A DNA stretch of 64,000 bases, from assembly GCA_020137815.1 (NCBI GenBank), contig CM035350.1, positions 3,100,001-3,164,000 of the forward strand, written 5' to 3'. Source of the stretch: Hormiphora californensis (lineage: Eukaryota > Animalia > Ctenophora). The notes below the pieces were generated by a model. It saw only the letters and a list, made by a program, of their open reading frames with translations, made no database searches and was not told where the DNA came from. The translations under genes and the position numbers were made by a program. The first letter of the stretch is position 1, and every line of letters begins with the position of its first letter. Shown here in pieces: positions 16,778 to 26,800 of this stretch.

Positions 16778-19486
16778 ATGTGGAAAAATGGCCAGTTTGA
16801 CGAGCTCTTCAAAGAAGCAAAGGCTATCCAAAAACCACTGAAGCCAAGACCGCCAAGCAAGGAATTGTGTGAAAACAAATTCATTTCACTGATGAGAGAG
16901 GGTCGAACAACCGAGGCGACTAACTGGCTAGACCCATCTCGACACGACCTGGGTGTAAAACAAATTACCCCTGAGGTGTTAGCAGACCTCGAACAGAAAC
17001 ATCCCCCTGCTGCGTTAGCAAACAGCAGATTCGCCCTGACTGAGCCTGATCAACCCAGCAACCACCACCCTGTAACATTCGATAGTATTACTGGTGACAG
17101 TATTTACAGATGTGCTCTGAACATTAAAGGGGTGGGTGGTCCAAGTGGACTCGACGCTCCGGGAGTCAGCAACATTTTGTGTGGCCGCAAGTTCAAGAAG
17201 TCATCTACTTCGCTATGCGATGCTTTGAGCCTGGTAGCTAGAAAGCTTGCATGCAAACGTATCCATGGGAAATTCCTCTCCATTTTCTGTGCAGCACGTC
17301 TGGTACCCCTGGAGAAATCAGATGGCGGGACCAGACCCATAGGTATTGGTGAAGTGTTCAGACGAGTTATCATCAAGGCCATCGTGTTTTCTCAAAAACA
17401 CTCTATCAAACAGGCATCTGGCAAGGTCCAGTTAGCCGCAGGCCAGTCCGGTGGATGTGAAGCCGCGGTCCATGCCCTGTGTGATAGATTCAGCGACGAG
17501 GACTGTCAGGCAGTGATGCTTTTAGACGCTTCAAACGCTTTCAATCGACTGAACCGAGCACTAGTACTTCAAAATATGGAACACATCTGTCCTGAAATGG
17601 AAGTTGTTTTGGGAAACTTGTATGGAAATCCCCTCGCCGCTGTACGTCGGATCCTGTGTGATAATGAGTGACGAAGGCAGCACTCAAGGCTGCCCCAGTG
17701 CGATGGCGATGTACAGCCTCGGAATTCTCCCCCTTATCAACCTGGCTGATATGGGCGACATCATACAGTGTTGGTACGCTGATGATGCCAACGCTGCAGG
17801 AAATCTGACAGGTCTCTTGGACTGGTTCTCGCTAGTTCAGACACAGGGACCGGCATTTGGTTACTTTGTAAATCCTGAAAAGTGTAACCTGATTGTAAAG
17901 AAGAACATTTGGAAGAGGCACGGGAGCTATTCAAAGATGTAGGTGTCAAGATTACATCGGCCGGAGCTCGCCACCTCGGTGCTGCAATAGGAATGGAGTC
18001 ATACAGAGCGGAATATGTATCGGAAAAGGTAGCAGAGTGGGCTGCAGCTCTTATGAATCTCGTAGACGTTGCAAAGACACACCCACACCTCGCATACAGC
18101 AACTTCGTGAGAAGTTTTAAGTGTAAGTGGGGATATCTACAACGAACCATTCCTGACATCGGCCCTCTATTCCAGCCTATCGAAGACATCATCCGGCACA
18201 AGTTCATCCCTCTAGTCGTTGGAAAACATGTGTCTGATCTTGAACGGAGAGTCCTGGCTCTGCCGATAAGGATGGGTGGTTTGGAAATTGAAGACCCGAC
18301 GGAAGCTGCAAAACACCAATACAGCAGCTCGAGGTTCATCAACACCCCACTCGTTGAATTGATCCTTTCAGACGGGTCTGAAGGCGGCACCATAGCAAAT
18401 GTAGAGTCCTGTGCAGCTAAAAACAAAAAGGAGTGCGAAGAAGCCGCTCAAGAACGGGCTGAGCTTGAACTGAAATCGATAGTGTCTGAGGCAGATGATC
18501 GCCTGAAACGGGCATTGGAGCTTAACTCTGAACAGGGATCTTCAAGCTGGTTATCAGCCAGACCACTCAAACACCTTGATCATGAGTTAAACCAGAGGGA
18601 ATTTGTTGATGCCATTCGTCTGAGATACGGCTTTCATTTCTCGGATCTTCCTTCCAAATGTGGATGTGGGGCTGACAATAATGCAGACCATGCCCTAATC
18701 TGCAAGGTTGGTGGGTTCGATATCTGGAGACACGATCATCTGAGGGACACCATGGCCGAGTTGTTCAGGTATGCAGGATTGAAACCGGTGAATACAGAAC
18801 AGCTGCTTCTACCGTGTGAAGGACATACATTTCCTGTCAGTGCCAACACCAGGGACGATGCCCGAATGGACATAGTATGCCGAGGTCTATGGCGGGATAT
18901 GGAGGCATCCTACCTCGATGTGCGGGTGTTTCACCCTAATGCTCCCTCCTACCAGAAAACATCAATCGCTCAGCTACATAGAACTCACCAGAACCAGAAG
19001 AAAATGGCCTATTTGAGGAGGGTTCTAAACGTAGAACAGGGTAGCTTCACGCCTCTTGTGTTTGCTACTTCAGGAGGCTTCGCACCAGAGGTTAAACGAG
19101 TTCTGGAATGCGTTGGACACAAAATCTGCTCCAAGCACCAAGAAGGACTCAGTGAGACGATGTCTTTTATAAGACAAAAGCTCAGATTTAGCCTGTTGAG
19201 ATCAACCTTAGTAGCATTGAGGGGCACTAAGAGGCGATGTATACCATTTATGCCGAGCGAAGTTGATTTCAGAGTGACGTAATTTATTCTGTGTTTAGTT
19301 TTATATATCGCTAGGGACGTGCGTGGTGTACCAGGAGTGGTGAATTATGCAGCCATTCTTTATTGTGTCTCTACCTCTTTTCTCCGTGTCCTAACACAAT
19401 ATACCTATGGTACACCCGCACACGTGTTCCTTTTGTTACTTCAGCTTCGTTTCCTGATCGACTCATTAAATTAATTAATTAATTAG
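16778..19486 (+). mobile_element. CRE-clade-like non-LTR retrotransposon (RT + restriction-like endonuclease), 5' truncated
   Basis: Three overlapping ORFs (16778-17671, 17604-17942, 17909-19282) join via two frameshifts. RT motifs: RPIGIGEVFRR, LLDASNAFN, GSTQGCP, WYADD. CCHC knuckle: CGCG...DHALICKVGG..IWRHD. RLE: RMDI...YLDVRVFHPNAPSY. The 3' UTR ends in a (TAAT)n-like run at ~19466-19486. Confidence 0.9.
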
Positions 19487-19638
19487 TGACGTCATCTTGC
19501 TCTCTCCTCTTCATAGTTGAGAAATCCATACTCGTTTGGCCCTCAGCCTCGAGGTAGACGTGCGAGAGACGTCTATAGCCCCGGCCTGAGGTCACTGCGA
19601 AGTGCCTAGACTCTTGAGGTGCCAGGAGTGAATGATGT

Positions 19639-22607
19639 TTAAGGTTTGCATCCGGGGTAGTTGCATTTTAAGAAGCTACCATCGATCTGCCAGGCATGCC
19701 CACTGAAGGCACTCCACAGAAAGTGGTCATTATGGGAACATCCTGAGTTGGGATGCAGGAATACATCGTGCTCGCCTCGTCTCTGTATAATCCAACTTGA
19801 CGCCTCCTGAAGAGAGGATAAATTGACATTTGACATGGCAATAGGTTCAGAAATATTGGATAAGATGTTGCATTTATTGTTGTGAAAGTGTGCGATTTTA
19901 CCGTCATTTGTTGGATTGGAACAAAGAACGCATATTGGTGAGTTAGAAATGGACCGCCTCCAATGGGGTAGCGAGGGTTTTCAGCTGGGAAGGCACACAT
20001 ATCATGTCCTGGATTGGGATCTGCCGGACTGAAGTCACAAACCTTGCCATTCAGCTTGAACCTGTGAGAGTGTGAGGTGTCTCAAATTGTTAAAGGTTCA
20101 GTACCTAGTAGGTACTGAACCTTTAACAATTTGAGACACCTCACACTCTCACAGGTTCAAGCCCTGGTGTGCTATTTTTTCAAATGCCTAATTTAATTCA
20201 AAATTTCACTTGGTATCGGGTTAAATGAGCTCCTACGATCATTCTAAAACATTTTATCACAAAGTTTTGGCTCTACCATGGTCCAATTACGTTGGCACGA
20301 GCTATGCCCATATATGGGCATATTCATTTCAAAAAGTCTGTTTTAGGGCGTGATTTCGAACAAAACACACATATAAATCGTCTCGTAACAACTTATACAA
20401 CTGTTACTTTCAGTTTGAGTCTTCAGATATCCACTTTATGAACAAAAATAAAAATTTTTCTCCCTTTTTTTCTTGCTAATTTTACCAACTTGCAGAATCG
20501 TGGGGACGAATTTTAATTTTTTTTAGTTTTTTTTTGGTGGAAAGCAAATTTCGGTTGTAATCGACTAATTTTGGCTTGCGGAACACGATCCCGTTCATGA
20601 AAAAGCTCTCAAAATTTAAGAACATGTCCAAAATGAACATTTTTTGTCAAAAATGAACATTTTTTTGTCAAAAATGAACATTTTTAGGTCAAAAATGAAC
20701 TTTAGCATCATTTAATGATGCATATCAATTCTTGTCAGTTTCGAGGTGCTGAACACGATCCTGAACATAAAAAGTTGATATCAAGAACTGGTGAAAACCA
20801 CACATATTTCCCTGTTTTTACCATTTTTCGGTTAAAAACTACACTTTTTCAATCGCGATGCCAACGTAACTGACAAACACTATCTCGATTCTGTTTTGCT
20901 GATGTGATTGAGAATTGTCCATAGTTTCACATTAGCTAGATACTGAATGGCCTAGTCGAAAAAAATTTGAAATAGCACACCCTAGACTACCTACTCAGTA
21001 CACAGGGTCAACTTGGGTTGATAAATGGGTTGTGTTGGGTCTCCTTGGTGTGGGGACCCCTGGGTGTGGTTTAGATTTTGGACTGCCCGACTAGTTTGGG
21101 CGGAATGTGACCCCTGAAATCCACTATTCCGGGTGCACGTACTGCGTCTCGCTCAAACTTGTGTTTACAACGTGCGTGTCTGCACATACAGCTGTCAGGC
21201 CAATGCTCTGACCACAGTTCTCGCACGCTCCAAATTTGAGAGAAACGAGAATGGGTCAGGCCAATGCTCTGACAGACATACAGAGGGTCGCGTTGTAAGC
21301 ACTGCGATTAGCTGTCAGGCGATTATACTGTAAAACTAGATATTTTCGAGGCCATTAATTTTCGCGATTCGATCAAAATTGACTATTTTCGCGATTTTAA
21401 TTTTCGCTAATCCCACTGCTACCCCCATTTCACGGTCCTAGTCTATTGTCTAATTACGCCAAGAGTGCAGTCATCATTGCCATGAGACACCAGACCTGCT
21501 TGGCGTAGACCAATGAAATGTGAGCATTTTCTCATTGCTGATTGGCTCTAAGAGATAGCCAATCAGGGATGAGACAGAAAAGGCTCACATCTCATTGGCT
21601 TACAACTCCTACTGAATCCCTTGCTACGTATAAGAGCAGTGGTCACATGACCATTATTAACACTACTCCCATCTACATAGGAAATAATTTGCACGAGCTT
21701 TCTGTAAAAAAATCGTCCAAAATATTTTCGCGGAATTAATTTTCGCGGATTTTCCAGCCAAAAATAAAGAGCGAAAATAAAAATCTCACGAAAATTACTA
21801 GTTTTACAGTACTCCATTTTTTTCAACTGTTCACCCCCCAAAGTCGTGCGCGGAAATGTTTTGCGCGTCTATCACATGTTAACGTGTAGCGCGCGCAGCG
21901 TAAATTAAAATATCGCACGCACACGAGTTGGAGGGTGAACAGTTGAATAAAAATGGACTTTAGTGAGTCAAGCTTGAGCGAGACGCAGTACGTGCGCCCG
22001 ACATAGTGGATTTCAGGGGGTCACGTTCCGCCCAAACTAGTCGGGCAGTCCAAAATCTAAACCACACCCAGGGGTCCCCACGCCAAGGAGACTCAACACA
22101 ATCCAAGTTGACCCTGTGCACTGTTATTGTTACTCAGCAAGTGTGCTGACCCTTTAAACAACCTCTTACCTCTCAATAAACTGATCCCGAAGTTTAAAAG
22201 CAGAGTTGATATGTTCTGTGTTGTTGTTTGACCAGTAGAGAACGTGAATGTGATAACTGAGAATTGTAGCATTCTCACACGTCGTAATTCCACCTGGGAG
22301 TAAACTTTGTTTGTCGTTACTTTTGACATACCTAATCGTGTCCCGTGTGTCCTATCAGGCCAATGCTCTAACCGCGGTTCTTGTGCGCTCCATGTCCTTA
22401 TTTAATTTGAAAGAAATGAGAATGGTCTGGGGCTCTGGGCAATGCTCTGACAGTGTGTGTCGGTTGCCGATTGCACTCGACACTCATGGGTCAATTACCT
22501 TTCTGTAGACCTCCATTCCTGACAGCTTTGGGCATTGCAGCCCAATCGTGGACAGTATAATGACCAGTGGCCCCTCCGACTAGGATCAACACAACTAGTA
22601 GTAACAT
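19639..22607 (-). CDS. Secreted DOPA 4,5-dioxygenase-family protein, ~186 aa (exons 22607-22499, 22293-22170, 20061-19902, 19806-19639)
   Basis: Spliced by eye with GT-AG and consistent phases (1,2,0): MLLLVVLILVGGATG (signal peptide)...SYHIHVLYW...AFKLRDQFIERF...GGGPFLTHQYAFFVP...WIIQRRGEHDVFLHPNSGCSHNDHFLWSAFSGHAWQID. The YHxH, GP-x-(W/Y)xxxVP and RG...HP...DH motifs are typical of the DOPA_dioxygen family. Confidence 0.8.
20054..20162. repeat. Perfect 109 bp palindrome (54 bp arms, 1 nt loop)
   Basis: gcttgaacctgtgagag...gtaccta g taggtac...ctctcacaggttcaagc, centre at 20108. Confidence 0.95.
20166..20984 (+). mobile_element. ~830 bp non-autonomous DNA transposon, family A copy 1
   Basis: Short TIR (TAG)GGTGTGCTATTT...AAATAGCACACCCTA. 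A near-identical copy lies in opposite orientation at 58224-59055. Confidence 0.92.
21326..21811. mobile_element. Tc1/mariner-superfamily-like MITE with TA ends, nested
   Basis: TACTGTAAAACTAG...CTAGTTTTACAGTA termini with internal ATTTTCGCG subterminal repeats. Confidence 0.8.
21812..21959. mobile_element. Short MITE, nested
   Basis: tccatttttttcaactgttcaccc ... gggtgaacagttgaataaaaatgga inverted termini. Confidence 0.7.
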
Positions 22608-23837
22608 TTTGAGAATAGTTCTTGAAGTTGTCTAGCGGCCTATTATAGAGGGTAACAAACTGATAAACGGATCAAATGGTTAAAAACTAATTTGGTTTTG
22701 GTGAATGACATTGCCAGGTGTTGTTATGGAGTCTAGACTCTAGAATGTAGTTAGAAAGTGCCAATCTAATTACAATATGCATAATGATGAAGGCCTTGTC
22801 TCACTGTCTCACTGTCTCAAAATTCGTATGATTCAATGAACTTATTAACGTTTGCTACATTTAGAACCTCGAGCAACAAAGGGGCCGTATATTTACAATA
22901 AAATGCAGTAACCTCGGAACCTCCTAAAGTCCTCAAATTGTAATAAATAGTAAATACTGCTGCAGTAGTGTCATGACAACACATTAGGACGTGTTTAACC
23001 TAATATTAAAGTACTGCACTGAGGTGTGCAATGTGCTTCTTTCTTAGGTTGGAGCTCCTAAATGATCAAATGAGGGTATCCTTCAAGCTTCAGCTGAGGT
23101 CTGGACGATTATGAACTACACAGATCATAAAGTATAGCTCAGAAATACATCGATAGTTTCACTGTCTTTACAACTGATGCCTTACATAATCCATGAGGAT
23201 ATAACTTTATAATAATCATGATAATGTTGATATTGATCATCATATTATATGCTGTAAATACACTTAGCGATCCCGGGGGCGTCATTCATTAGTCGCCTTA
23301 GCAACTCAGTAATATAGACCTTATATATTCACCATCCTGTTTTTTGTTGTATTCTCTAATAACGGATCATATTATATGCAGTATAATAGCTACCTGCAGT
23401 TGTGTTATACACGCACTGCAAGATATCAGCTTCTTCTTCTCTTGTACTTGCGAAGAGGTCACGTGATGTGTCACGTGTTTTAACTAGCTGCAGATGCTCG
23501 TTGCCATGACTCTCTCCGAACGCTGCTTGCCGTCCCATGCATCACTCCCTCCCTCTCTCTCTCTATGTGCTTCTCCCTCACACGTCGCTCTTTCTGATTG
23601 ATGCTGTGAAAATGGGAGTTTTTACCACCACTACTACTACTACACGCTGTTGTAGAATGTAGCTACTGTTTAGAACCGTCTTATTGATCGTTTGATCGAG
23701 CTAAACCTGATGTATGTTTTAGCTCACTATCCAATAGAGTGTGTTGTTATTAGTCTATCCTATGTAGGTACTACTAATTCCTACCCAATTAGGACTGGTG
23801 TATGATTGGTTGAACCTTATAAAACAACCAACGTACC

Positions 23838-26800
23838 ATGTCTGAACGACGTAAGTATTTAGAACCATATGTCCTTGTTCTGCGTTCCGAGATCCCTTCC
23901 CTTGTCTGAATTAATTTGACCTGAATTTGACCAATTCAATTACTGACCCCTGCACTTTCAGGGGGCCTCCCCACCACGGGACGGCGATACCAACGCCGCA
24001 CAATAGGCAACAGGACAGCTAATGTACAGAAGGGAGCTACAACACAGGTAGGTAGTAATTGTAACAAGTCATTACAAACAGAGGGTTAGAGAGAAGGGGC
24101 CAGCTGCTGGGGGTGGAGAATGAATATATTCACACCATAAATTGGAATTGAATTATTACTGTCACTAGTCTTGGTTATCGCACAGTAACATGGTTACCAT
24201 GGTAACCCCTAGTTACCCGATACCCCGGCCCTTTGAACAGAATGGGGTATACTAAATCGAGCATTCTCTCTTTGTGCGTGTTTGGATAAGGTCCTGTCTT
24301 GGTCTCCATGGTTACCAGTTGTACACAAACCCATTACTGATTACTTTCTCCACCCCTCTCTCTCCCTCTCTCTCACCCTCCCGACAGAACATGCTTCTCC
24401 CAATTCATTCCTTTTTGTTGCCGTGTGAGTTATTGTTCATGCTCTTTCTCTCTCCCATCTATTCATCTTCAAAACATAGTTGCTTCATCTGATGTAGTTT
24501 GATATGAGTTGAATACAATGCCGGAGAAAAAGGGTGTCACGATAAAGGAACCAGAGAGAAAGTTCTCCAATGCAGTTGCCCCTCTAGTCCGTTCTACTAG
24601 ACTGAGTGTAGTCAACCCTCCCAAATTTGTGAGTGATTCTTTGTCTCACCCCCTCACAAAACCTATATATCTTTACACCTCTCTCTTTGGACGTTGCATG
24701 TTAGAAAGTTGATTGGGTGGCCCCCCACCTGTGGTAAATTAGAAAATCGAGAGGGAGAGTTCTGTAGCAGTATGTTATAGAGTGCAGTGGCACCCCGATA
24801 AAATGATGTGATGAGAATCATGGGGCTGTAATGAGTTGTGGAATGAGTTATGGTCATCTCATGTTATAATTGGCAATATGTCGGGCACAGAGAGAGGGAT
24901 CAGAGTGGGAACATGATCTATGTAGGGGACAGATATATGGTATAGTTTGATTGGTGTCTGCCAGATGTTAACTCTTCATTTCCCACAGCAACGTAAATCT
25001 GTCATTACCGGAGATGTGGTAAAGGATCTAATGAAGGCGAGCAAGGCAAGCCGCGACATAAAGAGACAGCAGGTAATCATCATTGGTCCGCTTTTTCTGC
25101 CATTTTCAGAGTTATTTCAGAGACTTTTTCAGAGCTTTTTTATGCTTGCTAGCTATTCTAGCTTTGAGCTGCGTTTTTCATCATTTCTATATAACAACAC
25201 CTTGACCACCATCCAGATTGATACGAGACACAAATGGCTCTTTGATAAGATTGCCGACTACTGCCAGATATCTGTGGACAGCGTCGAGGATCAGATACTC
25301 GATTCGGATGTAAGCGACAAATGACATATGAGTGGGGAAAGTACACCTGTCAAGCACTTGCGCGGCGCAATCTGTAGCTATGGCAACGCGACTGAGTACC
25401 TCTCTATTCTGTGGTTTACAGTTTTCCCTCCCTCAATTTTCCACTAACTCCACTAACCCCCTCAGTTCGCACTGTTTGAGAATTTCTTCAAGGCAAAGGG
25501 TAGCCGAGTGTTGCTTGTCATTCATCATGGTGGTGGTGCTAGCGAAGAGGGGAAGGAGAAAAAGACCTCCCCCAAGCTATTGGTCACCAGCGGACTGGAT
25601 ATCGAGCTCCGAGGCTCCCTTATCTACTTCTTCCGAACGGAAACGGACAAAGCAATGTTGGAGAAAATGATGGAGAGAGATGTGTACTTTGGGCATGTAG
25701 AGGCAGAGGATGGGGATGTGCTGACATCTATCCAGTCTCTTCTGAACTCCCTCATTATCCCCATGTTACAAAGCAATACCAACTGGGGAAAGATGGAGAA
25801 ACTGGATAATCACAAGATGCTACAAAACAACTTCATCTCTAGTCTCGATGATTTCTCAAAACTTCTCAACTCAGCCAAGGCCAATCTTTCCGAAACGTAA
25901 GTAAACTAAAGCACGTGGGTGTGTGTCTGAGCATTCCTAGCACAGTTTAATCTTTGTTCTGTGTACAGTTTGTGTGTCTTTTATAAGTTTCTGTGAACTT
26001 GCATACTATATTTTCTTGGAACTGCTAGCTGTTTGTGTCTTTGCACCCTGTTTGCTAACCCTGACACTCCAGCGCCCTCTGCAGTGTCAAGTTGAACATG
26101 CCGGAGGGACTACCAATCGAGGGACTCACCACACCCCAGCAGTATCAAGCTACAGGTAGCTGTCACCATAGCAACCAACCTCACCACCATAGCAACCACT
26201 CATATTACCATAGCAACCACTACCATCGCAAATCAGGTTCACATTTCGAAACCATTTTATAATCATGATGATTAATCATTTCATTAATTAAGAATGTCAA
26301 CTATAACAGACACTAACACACTTTTCCACAGCTGGTAATTTCGATCTGGTGACTCAACTGGAGGGTATCGTGGCTGGATGGTGTAAGCAGATAGAACAGG
26401 TCCTGGCCCAGTCTGAGCAGATGAGGAAGGAGGCGGATGATACGGGACCCAACTCTGAATTGGTTTACTGGAAAGAAAGGATGGCCAGTTTCAATGCTCT
26501 GCTCGATCAGATCAAATCACAACCCTGCAAGACAACTATTGGGATTCTATTTGCAGCCAAGAGCAAGATCATCAAGCACTGGAAGACCCTTGATGCCCGG
26601 ATTACTGATGCCGCTAACGAGGCAAAGGATAACGTGAAATACCTGTATACTCTGATGAAGTTTTGTAAACCTCTGAAGAGATGCAGTCCGGTGGAGATGT
26701 TGGATTGTATCCCGGGTCTGATCAATGCCATCAGGATGATCAACTCCATCTCCCGATATTACAACACCTCCGAGAGGATGACCAGTCTCTTTGTCAAGGT

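Larger units (their letters stand above)
20996..22123. mobile_element. Foldback element with ~165 bp TIRs containing nested MITEs
   Basis: cagtacacagggtcaacttgg...ctcgctcaaacttg (20996-21161) is the inverted counterpart of caagcttgagcgagacg...ccaagttgaccctgtgcactg (21969-22123). Confidence 0.85.

Noticed and set aside
16600-19640. Spliced-leader RNA gene as the target of the CRE-like element
   Set aside because: No leader-plus-GT donor with an Sm site, and no tandem SL unit, is recognisable in either flank.
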